From the NCBI GenBank assembly GCA_963813155.1, contig CAWEYG010000001.1:128001-192000 (forward strand): a DNA stretch of 64,000 nt, given 5' to 3'. The stretch comes from an uncultured Acidobacteriota bacterium. Lineage in GTDB: Bacteria > Acidobacteriota > Thermoanaerobaculia > UBA5066 > DATFVB01. The position numbers were made by a program, and so were the translations under genes. Under the pieces are notes generated by a model, which was given only the letters and a program-made list of their open reading frames with translations, did not search any database and had not been told where the DNA came from. Shown here in pieces: positions 1 to 11,226 of this stretch. Position 1 is the first letter of the stretch, and every line of letters starts with the position of its first letter.

Positions 1-3000
1 TACGAGCGGGAGCTTCCGCACCTTACCCGGGGAGAGCTCGGCGGTTACCCGCGCGTCTACTCGATCGCCACAACGCTCGTCGCCCACACCGACAGCAGCC
101 CCGACATGGAGACGCTCAAGAATTTCCTCGACGCGTACCAGGCGGTCTCTCCGCTGTCGATCGGCGAGCTGTGGGCGATTGCCGTCGCGCTCCGCGTCGC
201 GCTGATCGAGAACCTCAGGCGCCTCGCCGGCCGCATGGAAGTCGCGCGGCGCGAGCGCGCAAAGGCCGACGCCCTCACCGAACGGGTGCTGTCGGCGCTC
301 GAAACGGCGACCGGCCTTCCGGAGCGGGAGGCGATCGCCGAAGCCGTGTTGAAGGCTCCCGAACGGCGAGAGTTGAGAATCAATCAAACGTTTGCCGTGC
401 GCCTCATTCAGCGCCTCCGAGACGTCGATCCGTCGCTCTCGACGGTACACCGGTGGATCGAAGAAGGCCTCGCGGCCCAGGGACTCACGGTCGAAAGCGC
501 GGTGCTGGCCGAGCACCAGAGGCAGACGACCGCGCAGGCGACGATCGCGAACATCATTTCGAGCATGCGGCTCTTCTCGCAGGCCGCATGGCCGGATTTC
601 GTGGAGTCTGTCAGCGCCGCCGAGCGGGTGCTCGAGGAGGACCCGGCGGGAGCCTATCCGCACCAGGATTTCGAGACCCGGGACCGCTACCGGCACGTCC
701 TCGAAGCGCTCGGGAACAGGGATGGCGCGCGCGAGCTGGCCGCCGCGCGCCGCGCCGTGGAGCTGGCGAGCGAGGGAGCCGCGCCCCGCGAACGCCACGT
801 CGGCCACTACCTCGTGGACGCCGGCCGTCCGATCCTCGAGCGCGAGCTGGGCGTGCGCCCCGGGCTCGCGGCTGCCACCCGCCGTCTCGTCCTTCGCTCC
901 CCTGCGGCGTTCTACATCGGGTCGATTCTCCTGATCACCGCGGCGATGGAGGCGATTGCAGGCGCCTACGTCCGGGCCCACGGAGCGGGCTGGACGATGC
1001 TCGCCGTGTCTCTCCTCCTGTCCCTGATCCCGGGAACGGAGCTCGCGCTCTCGATCGTGAATTTTTCCGTCAACTTCCTGATTCCTCCCCGCCGGCTTCC
1101 GAAGCTCAAATGGCGCGACGGCATCCCGGAGGACTTCCAGACGCTCGTCGCGGTCCCGTCTTTTCTCGGCGACGAGGAGGAAATCCGCGAGCTTCTGTCT
1201 TCACTCGAAATCCGCTCCTACGCCAACCCCGACCCGAACCTCCGCTTTGCTCTCCTGACCGACTTCGGGGACGCGGACACGGAGACACTGCCGGACGAAG
1301 ACCGGCGTCTTCAGCTGGCCGAGGACGGAATCCGGGATCTCAACTCCCGGGCCTCATCGCCCGGGCGATTCTGGCTTCTCCACCGAAAGCGGCTGTGGAA
1401 CGCGGCGGAGGGGAAGTGGATGGGGTGGGAGCGAAAACGCGGAAAACTGACGGAGCTCAACCGCCTCCTTCGCGGCCGCGGACCCACGAGTTTCGAGGTC
1501 GTGACCGCCGAACCGGCTGCCCTGGCGAAAATCCGGTTCGTTCTCACGCTCGACGCCGACACGCGGCTTCCCCGGGAGTCCGCGAGCGCGCTCGTGGGGA
1601 CCCTCGCGCACCCGCTGAACCTTCCGCGGTCGGATGCGAAGACCGGGCGCGTCGTCGCGGGCTGCTCGATCGTCCAACCGCGCGTCTCCATCACTCCGGA
1701 AAGCGCGAATCGCTCTCCGTTCGCCCAGATCTCCTCCGGCCACGCGGGGATCGACCCCTACACGACCGCCGTCTCCAACGTCTACCAGGACCTCTTCGGC
1801 GAGGGCAGCTTCACCGGAAAAGCAATTTACGACGTGGACGCGTTCGAGTCCGCGCTCGCCGGGCGAATCCCGGAAAACGCGATCCTCTCGCACGACCTGC
1901 TCGAGGGCTGTCTCGCCGGCTCGGCTCTCGCAACCGACATCGAGATCTTCGAAGACCATCCCTCGTCCTACGACGTCTACACGCGCCGGCAGCACCGCTG
2001 GATCCGCGGAGACTGGCAGATCGCCCGGTGGCTCGGCCGCAGTGTGCCGATGGAAAGAGGAATCGAGGCGAACCCGCTTTCGGCAATTTCCCGATGGAAG
2101 ATCCTCGACAACTTGAGGCGGAGCCTCCTCGCACCGGCCCTTTTCCTCTGGCTCGCCGCCGCCTGGCTCTTCCTCCCGGGCTCTCCCTTTTTCTGGACGA
2201 CTCTCGCGATGTCCGCGATCGCTTTCCCGATCATCTTTCATCTCGCCGAAGGCCTCACCATCCACGCCCGGGGCGTTCCCTGGACGAGCCAGTTCTGGAG
2301 CGTCTGGGGAGATCTGCTGGACAATTGCGCGCAGTTCGCGCTTCGCGTCGCCTTCCTTCCCCACCTTGCGGAGGTTTCGATCGACGCCGCCAGCCGGGCC
2401 CTTTTCCGGCAGCTGATCTCCCACCGGCGACTCCTGGAGTGGACGACGGCGGCCGCCGCCGAAAAGGACCGCGTCTCCTCGGTCGCCGGCTACGCAAGGC
2501 GAATGGGGAGAAGCTGGGTGGTGTCCGCAGCGCTCGCCGGGGCGATCGTGGCGATCGCCCCGCGCCACCTGCCGGCCGCCGCCGGGTTCCTCCTCCTCTG
2601 GCTGATCTCGCCGGCGCTCGCCGCGGGCGTGAGCCGGCCGATTCGCCGGGAGCGACGCGAGCTGTCCGCCGAGGACGTGCTCGAGCTTCGCGAAACCGCT
2701 CGCCTGACGTGGAGATTCTTCGAGAAGTTCGCGAACGCGGAAGAGCACGATCTCCCCCCCGATAACTATCAGGAGGACCCCGAGCCGCGTGTCGCGCACC
2801 GGACCTCTCCGACGAACATCGGGTTCTCTCTTTTGTCGGCCGTCGCGGCCTTCGATTTCGGGTACGTGGGGATACGCGACCTCGTCGAACGCCTCGAACG
2901 GACGCTCGGCGTCGTGGAATCGCTCCCGCGGCTTCGCGGGCATCTCTACAACTGGTACGACACGACGACCCTCGCACCCCTTCCGCCTCGCTACGTCTCG

Positions 3001-6000
3001 TCGGTCGACAGCGGAAACCTCGCGGCAAGTCTCATCGCGCTCAAGCAGAGCTGCCTCGAGCTGGCCGAGAGCTCGCCCCGACCTCCCTGGAGGGACGGGC
3101 TCGCCGATCTGATCCGTCTCGTTCAGAAGGAGGTCGATGCGATCCCCGCCTCGGGCGTTCGGACGGAGGCGATCCCGCTGCGCCAGCTCCGAAATCAGGT
3201 GCTCGCGCTCGGAGCGCTGCCCGCCTCGCCGAATGCGCTCGAAAGCGAAGTTCTCGCCGAAATCGAACAGAGCGGCTCGGCCCTCGAAGACGCCGTGCGG
3301 GCGCTCGCCCAGGAGCACGCGGAGATCCCGCTCGCCCAGCTGCTCGGCCTCCTCGGCGACGTGGCGCGGCAGGCCCGGTCTCTCGCGCGCGATTCCGAAG
3401 GCCCCGCCGACGCGCCGGCGATCGAACAGCGGCTCCGGGGGATCGCGAATCGCGCGCAAAAATTCGTGGACGAGACAGACTTCTCGTTTCTCTTCGACGG
3501 GGAAAGAAAGGTCTTTTCGATCGGCTGGAACGCGCAGATGGAGCGTCTGGACAAGTCGTACTACGACCTCCTGATCTCCGAGGCTCGGCTGACGAGCTTC
3601 TGCGCGATCGCCAAGGGCGACGTGCCGACGGAGCACTGGTTTCGCCTGCAGAGGCCGTTCGCCGTTTCTTTCAAGCGTCCGGTCCTTCTGTCCTGGTCGG
3701 GAAGCATGTTCGAGTACCTGATGCCCCTGATCCTCCTCCGGTCGTATCCCGACACGCTGCTGCACGAGACGTGCACAGCGGCGGTCGAGGCGCAGGTGCA
3801 GTACGTCCGGGGAAAGAAGATTCCCTGGGGCGCGTCGGAATCCGCCTACAACGCCCGGGACCTGCACCTCAACTACCAGTACGGCCCGTTCGGCGTGCCG
3901 GAGCTCGGCCTTCGCCGCGTTGCGCCGGACGAGCTCGTGATCTCTCCCTACTCGACATTCCTCGCGCTGCTCGCGGACCCTTCGGGAGCGCCGGAAAACC
4001 TTCGTCGGCTCGCGGCCGAGGGAGCGCGCGGAGACTTCGGCTTCTACGAGTCGATCGACTACACGCCGAGGCGCCTGCCCCCCGGCTCGACACGCTCCGT
4101 CGTCAAAGCGTTCATGGCCCACCACCAGGGGATGATCCTTCTCTCGATCCACAACGCCGTCCTCGCGGATCGCATGCGAAACCGGTTTCACTCGGACCCG
4201 GCAGTCCAGGCCACCGAGCTGCTGCTGCAGGAGCGGATCCCGCGCAACACGTCCGCGCTCGCCGGTTCGATCGTCGCCCAGGTGGCGGCTGGCCGGGTCG
4301 TCCGCGAGGAAATCGCGATCCCGACCCGGCGGTTCGATTCGCCCGATTCCTCGACGCCGCGCAGCCAGATTCTCTCGAACGGTTCCTACTCCGTGCTCGT
4401 GACGGTGGCCGGTTCCGGATTTTCCCAACGGGGCGGCCTGGCGGTTACCCGGTGGCGTGACGACCCCACGTCCGATTCCTGGGGCTCCTGGATCTACCTG
4501 CGCGACGTGAGAAGCGGCCAGCGATGGTCGGCAGGGCATCAGCCGACGCTCCGGCGCGCGAAGAGATACGAGGCGAAGTTCTCCGAGCACAAGGCTGAAT
4601 TCCTGCGCATCGACGAGGGCATCGAAACGCGCATGGAGGTGATCGTCTCCGCGCAGGCGGACGTGGAGATCCGGCGAGTCACGCTGACGAACACCTCGAC
4701 GAGGGCGCGCGACGAGCGGGACATCGAAGTGACGAGCTACGCCGAAATCGTCCTCGCGCCGCAGGCTGCCGACATCGCCCATCCCGCCTTTTCGAAGATG
4801 TTCCTCGAGACGGAGTGGACTGGCGGGAGGCTGCTCTGCAGCCGCCGGCCGCGCTCGCCGGAGGACAAGCCGGCGTTCGCCGCGCACGCGATGGCGGTGT
4901 CGGGCACGAGCCTCGGGGGCGTGCAGCACGAGACCGACCGCGCCCGCTTCCTCGGCCGCGGGCGGTCTCCCCGCGCCCCGGCCGTGCTCGTCGAGGATCG
5001 CCCGCTCTCCGACACGACGGGCGCAGTTCTCGACCCGATCTTCTCCCTGCGCCATCGCGTTCGCGTGCCGGCGGGCCACAGCGTCCAGATCGCGTTCGTG
5101 ACCTCGGCGGCCGACACGAGGGAAGATGCGCTCGCCCTCGTCGACCGATTCAAGGACCCCGCGCTGTTTGACCGCGAATCCTCTCTCGCGTGGATGCGGT
5201 CGCAGGTGCTGTTGAGGCACCTGAACATCACGAGCGACGAGGCCCAGCTGTTCCAGCGCCTCGCGACCCGCGCCTTCTACAACGACCCGAGCCTGCGGCC
5301 CGCCTCGGAGCTCCTGGCCCGCAACACGGGCTCGGCCCGAGCGCTCTGGGCCCACGGCATCTCCGGGGACCTTCCGATCGTGCTCGTCCGAATCGCCGAC
5401 ATGGAGGAGATCGATCTCGCGCGGCAGCTCCTGCGGGCGCACGAATACTGGAGCCTCAAGGGGATCACGGTCGATCTCGCGATCGTCAACGAGAGCGGGT
5501 CCGCGTATCTTCAGCCGCTCCAGGACCAGCTCAATGCGATCCTGGCGGCGTCTCCTTCGCGCCTCTTCGCGGGCAAGGCCGGGAGGAATCTTTCTTCGCA
5601 GCGCGGACCAGATTCCCGAGCAGGAGCGAATCGTGCTGGAGACGGCCGCCCGGGCGGTCCTCGTCGGGTCGAAGGGAACTCTCTCCGATCAGGTCCAGCG
5701 GATTCCTTCGAGCGAGATCCTGCCGGCCGCATTCGCGTCGACCGCACCGATCACGCCGCCGGCCGGCAACCCTCCCCTCGAGACCGGCAAGCTCTCGTTC
5801 TTCAATGGAATCGGCGGCTTCTCCGCGGACAGGCGCGAATACGTGATCGTTCTCCTCGAGAATCAGTACACCCCTTCGCCGTGGTCCAACGTGGTGTCGA
5901 ACCCGTCTTTCGGCTTTCTCGTCACCGAATCCGGCTCGGGCTGCACCTGGGCGGAAAACAGCCACGAAAACCGCCTCACGCCCTGGTCCAACGACCCCGT

Positions 6001-8206
6001 GACGGATCCGTCCGGCGAGGCAATCTACCTGCGCGACGAAGAGAGCGGCGAAGTGTGGACGCCGACGCCCCTTCCGATTCGGGACGCCGATCCGTATGTC
6101 TGCCGCCACGGCCAGGGCTATTCTCGATTCCTCCACCGGAGAAGCGACATCGAAAGCGACCTCACGATGTTCGTCCCGGTCGCCGACCCCGTGAAGGTCC
6201 TCCGTCTTCGCCTGACGAACCGGTCGGCGTCGCCCCGCAAGATTTCGGCGACGTTCTACGCCGAGTGGGTTCTCGGGTCGGAACGGTCCGCGAGCGCGAG
6301 ATTCGTCGTGACGGAGCCCGACGCGGACCTGCAGGCGATCTTCGCCCGAAACTCCTTCAACGCCGATTTCGCCTCGCGCACGGCATTCGCGCGAGCGAGC
6401 GGAGCGCTGATGTCCTGGACCGCCGATCGCCGCGAGTTTCTGGGGCGAAACGGCCACCTGTCGGACCCCGCCGGGCTCCGGCGCGCAAGCCTGTCCGGCC
6501 GGAGCGGAGCGGCGCTCGATCCGTGCGCGGCCCTCCAGACCGCCGTCGATCTCGCTCCGGGAGAGTCGCGCGACGTCGTTTTCCTGCTCGGGGAAACGGA
6601 CGGCCGCCCGGCCGCGGCCGGGCTGATCCGCCGCTACGGCGAGCCGGGCGGAGCGGAGACGGCGCTGCGCGAGAGCACCGCGGCGTGGGACAGGCTGCTC
6701 GGCGCGGTCCAGGTGCGGACCCCCGACCTCGCCCTCGACCTGATGGTCAATCGCTGGCTCCTCTATCAAACGCTGTCGAGCCGGGTCTGGGGACGGACCG
6801 GCTTCTACCAGTCGAGCGGCGGGTTCGGCTTCCGGGACCAGCTCCAGGACGTCACGGCGCTGCTGGCGTGTGCGCCGGAGCAGGCGCGCGAGCAGATCGA
6901 ACGGGCGGCGTCCCGCCAGTTCCCGGAGGGGGACGTGCAGCACTGGTGGCACCCGCCGTCCGGGCGCGGCATCCGCTCCCGATGTTCCGACGATCTTCTC
7001 TGGCTCCCGTTCGTCGCGGCGCATTTCGCCGAGGTCACCGGCGATTCGACGATCTGGGATGCGGACGCGCCGTTTCTGGACGCGGCGAAGCTCGGCTCGG
7101 ACGAGGTCGAGGCCTATCAGGAGCCGCGCGTGTCCGCCGAGCACGCGACGATCTTCGAGCACTGCGCGCGCGCGATCGACCGCAGCCTCGTCGTCGGAGA
7201 GCACGGCCTCCCGCTGATCGGCAGCGGGGACTGGAATGACGGCTACAACCATGTCGGGATCGGCGGCAAGGGCGAGAGCGTCTGGCTCGGATGGTTCCTC
7301 CTCGCCGTCCTCCAGAGCTTCCAGCCTCTCTGCGAGGCTCGGGGCGACAAAGGCCGAGCCGACCGGTATCGCAAGCACGCCGCCCGGCTCAAGTCCGCGA
7401 TCGAAGCCCACGGATGGGACGGCGACTGGTATCGCCGGGCCTATTTCGACGACGGCGCGACGCTCGGCTCCGCCGCCGACGCCGAGTGCCGCATCGATTC
7501 GTTGTCGCAGACGTGGGCCGTCCTCTCCGGAGCGGGAGACAAGACGCGCACGGCGCGCGCGATGGTGGCCGTCCACGAATACCTCGTGCGCCGGGAGGAC
7601 GGGCTCGTGCTGCTGCTGGCGCCGCCGTTCGACCGTTCGCCCCGCTATCCCGGATACATCCAGGGCTATCCCCCCGGAGTCCGGGAGAACGGGGGCCAGT
7701 ACACCCACGCCGCGGCCTGGGCGGTGATGGCGTTCGCCCAGCTCGGCGACGGCGACCTCGCCTCCGAGCTCTTCTCGTACCTGAACCCGATCTCTCCGAC
7801 GAGCACCCGGGCGGGCCTTCACAAATACAAGGTCGAGCCCTATGTGACCGCGGGCGACGTCTACTCCGTACCGCCGCTGACGGGCCGCGGGGGATGGACC
7901 TGGTACACCGGATCGTCCGGATGGCTGTACCGGGCCGGCGTCGAATCGATCCTCGGCTTCCGGATCGAGGGAAAGCACTTCACGATCGACCCCTGCATCC
8001 CGCGGAGATGGCCCGGCTTCGAGATGGAATACCGCGACGGCGACACGCTGTACAAGATCCGCGTCGAGAACCCGAAGGGCGTCTGCCGCGGCGTCGAGAG
8101 CGTCGAGGTGGACGGAGTCGCCGTTCCCGCGAAGCGGGTCTGCCGCGAGCACGACGCGAAGACCCACGAAGTCGTCGTGAGGCTGGGGTCCGGGTCCGCC
8201 TCTTGA
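1..8206 (+). CDS. ndvB: Cyclic beta-1,2-glucan synthase (Cgs/NdvB/ChvB type; GT84 plus C-terminal GH94 phosphorylase domain), 5'-partial, with one +1 frameshift near 5575
   Basis: The frame is open from base 1. Motifs include GWERKRGKL, LDADT, SHDLLEG, RWIRGDWQ, RTSPTNIG and SWSGSMFEYLMP. The GH94 part (WSNDPV, YQSSGGFGFRDQLQD, DWNDG, RENGGQYTH, GGWTWYTGS) lies in ORF 5534..8206; the frame switch is at GGCAAGGCCGGGAGG (~5572-5586). Confidence 0.9.
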
Positions 8207-8232
8207 TCTAACGTACGTTATAGCGTACGCTA
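8203..8232 (+). promoter_or_regulatory. yefM-yoeB promoter/operator: TTGATC-17 bp-TACGCT overlapped by two perfect 12-bp palindromes
   Basis: TAACGTACGTTA (8209-8220) and TAGCGTACGCTA (8221-8232) both have a GTAC core, like YefM operators. -35 at 8203-8208, -10 at 8226-8231. Confidence 0.75.
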
Positions 8233-8237
8233 TGGAA

Positions 8238-8480
8238 ATGACGACGATCAGCGCGACGAAGGCGAGGGCCGAGCTCTATCGGCTGCTCGACGAAGCCGCG
8301 GAAAGCCACGAACCAATAGAGATCACCGGCAAGCGCCACAACGGGGTCCTCGTCTCGGAGGAAGACTGGCGCGCGATCCAGGAGACGCTCTATCTCGTCT
8401 CGATTCCCGGGATGCGCGCGTCGATCCGCAGGGGCTTGAAAGCTCCGCTCTCGAAGACCTCCGAGAAGCCCGGTTGGTAG
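8238..8480 (+). CDS. yefM: Phd/YefM family antitoxin
   Basis: MTTISATKARAELYRLLD...EPIEITGKRHNGVLVSEEDWRAIQETLYL; directly upstream of a YoeB-type toxin. Alternative start at 8232. Confidence 0.9.
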   Translation: MTTISATKARAELYRLLDEAAESHEPIEITGKRHNGVLVSEEDWRAIQETLYLVSIPGMRASIRRGLKAPLSKTSEKPGW

Positions 8481-8746
8481 AGGGGCCCTGGCGGGTCGTC
8501 TTCACGAGTCAGGCTCAGAAGGACGCCCGAAAAATCGCCCAATCGGGACTTCGCTCGAAAGCCGAAGGACTGATCGAGATTCTCCGGAAGAATCCCCGAC
8601 AGACCCCTCCCCCGTTCGAGAAGCTCGTTGGAGACCTCGCCGGCGCCTGCTCGCGCCGAATCAACCTCCAGCACCGGCTCGTCTACCAAATCCTCGACAA
8701 ACAGAGGACCGTGAAGGTGATCCGCATGTGGACGCACTACGAGTAG
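8474..8746 (+). CDS. yoeB: Txe/YoeB family mRNA interferase toxin
   Basis: WRVVFTSQAQKD...FEKLVGDLAGACSRRINLQHRLVY...MWTHYE; overlaps the antitoxin stop. Confidence 0.9.
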   Translation: MVEGPWRVVFTSQAQKDARKIAQSGLRSKAEGLIEILRKNPRQTPPPFEKLVGDLAGACSRRINLQHRLVYQILDKQRTVKVIRMWTHYE

Positions 8747-8776
8747 GTCGGCGGACGCATGCTATCCTCCCGCCCG

Positions 8777-9920
8777 ATGCAGCCCACAGCGCGCGGTGGC
8801 AACCGCGCCGCCACATTCCCCTCGCCCTCTGGGAGAGGGATGAGCGCCGAAGGCGCGAAGGGTGAGGGTGCCCTGCGAATCGCGGTCGTTCCGGGCGACG
8901 GCATCGGCGTCGACGTCACGAAAGAGGCGCTGAAAGTCCTGAACGCCGCCGCGAAAGCCGGGAAGCTCGACGTCGCGACGACCGAGTTCCCGTGGAGCGC
9001 CGATCACTACCTGAAGACCGGCGAATCGCTGCCGAAAGGCGCGTTCGACGACCTGCGCGCGAACTACGACGCGATCTTCATGGGCGCCTTCGGAGACCCG
9101 CGGGTCCCCGACATGGCCCACGCGCGCGACATCCTGCTCGGCGCCCGGTTCGTTCTCGACCTGTACGTCAACGCGCGTCCGATCCGGTGCCTCGACGATC
9201 GCCTCAACCCGCTGAAGGGCTTTCGGGCCGCCGACATCGACTTCGTGATCTTCCGCGAGAACACGGAGGGCTCCTACGCGGGGACGGGCGGCAACTTCAA
9301 GAAGGGGACGCCCGACGAGGTCGCGCTCCAGGAGGACATCTCCACGCGCAAAGGCGTCGAGCGGATCGTCCGCCACGCCTTCGAGTTCGCGAAGACCCGC
9401 GGCAAGAAGAAAGTCTGCATGTCGGACAAGAGCAACGCGATGCGCTTCGTCGGAGACCTCTGGCAGCGGACGTTCTGGGAAATCGCGAAGGAGTACCCCA
9501 CGATCGAGGCGTCGCACCTCTACGTCGACGCGCTCGTCATGCAGATGGTCAAGGACCCGACGCAGTTCGAGGTCGTCGTCACGAACAACATGTTCGGAGA
9601 CATCACGACGGACCTCGGCGCCGCTCTCCAGGGCGGCCTCGGAATGGCGGCCTCCGGAAATCTCCATCCGGGGCAAGATCTCCATGTTCGAACCCGTCCA
9701 CGGCTCCGCGCCGAAATACGCGGGCACGGGAAAGGCGAACCCGTTCGGAGCGATCCTGACCGTGGCAATGATGCTCGAGCACCTCGGAGCCGCGGAGTCC
9801 GCGCGAGCGATCGAATCGGCCGTCCAGACGTGCGTCGAACAGAAACGGTGCACGGCGGACATCGGAGGCTCCCGAACGACTTCCCAGGCCGGCGACGCCG
9901 TCGTTTCGCTGCTCGGTTGA
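8777..9920 (+). CDS. Isocitrate/isopropylmalate/tartrate dehydrogenase family protein (LeuB-like), with a +1 frameshift at the G run 9670-9673
   Basis: IAVVPGDGIG, FRENTEG, DKSNA, NNMFGDI. The C-terminal SMFEPVHGSAP...ANP is in ORF 9684..9920. Start is 8777 or 8840. Confidence 0.85.
8819..8868. repeat. REP-like palindromic element (CCCTC.CCC/GGGAGAGGG...GGGTGAGGG family), copy 1
   Basis: Hairpin CCCTCGCCC-TCT-GGGAGAGGG, small hairpin GCGCC-GAA-GGCGC, then GGGTGAGGG. Same architecture as 11162-11222 in the opposite orientation. Confidence 0.65.
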
Positions 9921-9963
9921 ATGCCGCGCCCCTTCCTTAACGGTTCTTAAGCAAGTACCAATC

Positions 9964-9979
9964 CGGCACCTCCCTTGCA
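9964..9979 (+). promoter_or_regulatory. Putative sigma54 (-24/-12) promoter
   Basis: CGGCACCTCCCTTGCA matches GGCAC-N5-TTGCA, with GG-N10-GC spacing, upstream of the TIGR03118 gene. Confidence 0.6.
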
Positions 9980-10032
9980 CCGCCCCCGGGACTTTCAACC
10001 CCGGGTCCGCCCCGGAGAAAGGGAGCAGAAAG

Positions 10033-11157
10033 ATGAACCGGACATTAACGAGAACGCGCCATCGAGGAGCGGGGATCGCTTTCGCCGCGCTGCTGACGCT
10101 CGCGGCCGGGACGGCGTCCGCGCAGCGTTACATCCAGCACAACCTCGTCTCGGACGTGCCGTCGCTCGCGCCTCGCACGGATCCGAATCTCGTCAACGCG
10201 TGGGGAATCGCGCACAGCCCCACCGGCCCGATCTGGATCGCGAACAACGGCAGCGGGACTTCGACCGTCTACGACGAGAACGGACTCCCCGTTCCGAACA
10301 AGACCGCGCCGCTCGTCGTCGCGATTCCCGAAGGGACGGCCAACACGGAGGGCGGCGTCCCGACCGGAACGGTTTTCAACGGGACCGGGCAGTTCGTCGT
10401 TTCGGCGAATGGAAAGAGCGGCTCGGCCGTTTTCCTCTTCGCCGGCGAGGACGGGACGATCTCCGGCTGGAACCCGGGGGTGAACCCGACGCAGGCGATT
10501 CTCGGGGTCGACAACTCGACGAGCGGAGCGGTGCACAAGGGAATTGCCCTCGGAGCGATGGGCTCGAACAATCTCGTGTACGTGACGAACTTCAATTCCG
10601 GTAATGTCGATGCGTACGATTCGAGCTTCGCGTTCGCGTTCTCTTTCACGGATTCGTCCCTCACGGCCCTGGGTTACGCGCCATTCGGCATCGCGAACAT
10701 CAACGGAAACCTGTTCGTGAGCTTTGCCCAGCAGGACGCCGACAAACACGACGATGTGGCCGGCCCGGGTCACGGCTATGTCGACGAGTTCGACACGAGC
10801 GGAACACTGATCAAGCAGTTCGCCGCGCAGGGAACTCTCAATTCGCCGTGGGGAATGACGCTCGCGCCGGACAACTTCGGCCATTTCTCCGGGGCGTTGC
10901 TCGTCGGAAACTTCGGGGACGGCCGGATCAACTCTTTCGACCCGTCGACCGGGGCATTCCTCGGGCAGATGGCAAATCCGAACGGCTCGCCGCTCGCGAT
11001 CGACGGGCTCTGGGGCCTCGCGTTCGGGAACGGTACGCAAGGAGGAGGCGCGGCCAACCAGCTCTACTTCACGGCCGGGCCCGAGGGCGAAAGCCACGGC
11101 CTCTTCGGAAGAATTCAGGCGATTCCGGGACTCGCGCAGATGAACGGACGCAACTGA
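10033..11157 (+). CDS. TIGR03118 family secreted protein
   Basis: Signal peptide (ASA); LVNAWGI, PTGTVFN, EDGTISGW, APFGI, LNSPWG, VGNFGDG, IDGLWGL, LYFTAGP. Confidence 0.85.
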   Translation: MNRTLTRTRHRGAGIAFAALLTLAAGTASAQRYIQHNLVSDVPSLAPRTDPNLVNAWGIAHSPTGPIWIANNGSGTSTVYDENGLPVPNKTAPLVVAIPEGTANTEGGVPTGTVFNGTGQFVVSANGKSGSAVFLFAGEDGTISGWNPGVNPTQAILGVDNSTSGAVHKGIALGAMGSNNLVYVTNFNSGNVDAYDSSFAFAFSFTDSSLTALGYAPFGIANINGNLFVSFAQQDADKHDDVAGPGHGYVDEFDTSGTLIKQFAAQGTLNSPWGMTLAPDNFGHFSGALLVGNFGDGRINSFDPSTGAFLGQMANPNGSPLAIDGLWGLAFGNGTQGGGAANQLYFTAGPEGESHGLFGRIQAIPGLAQMNGRN

Positions 11158-11161
11158 AGAT

Positions 11162-11222
11162 CCTCACCCCGTCCTCACGGACACCCCTCTCCACAAGTTG
11201 TGGAGAGGGGCCGGGGGTGAGG
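11162..11222. repeat. REP-like palindromic element, copy 2, between convergent genes
   Basis: CCTCACCCC...GTCC-TCAC-GGAC...CCCCTCTCCAC-AAGTT-GTGGAGAGGGG...GGGGTGAGG; nested inverted repeats. Confidence 0.7.
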
Positions 11223-11226
11223 AAAA

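Noticed and set aside
1354-5442. Long antisense and alternate-frame ORFs (also 35760..38879, 52478..55513 and others)
   Set aside because: Shadow ORFs typical of high-GC DNA; they overlap well-supported genes and have no recognisable motifs.
106-7239. 2377-aa ORF as a complete protein
   Set aside because: Beyond ~5580 it is out-of-frame Arg/Pro-rich sequence; the real protein continues in frame 5534..8206.
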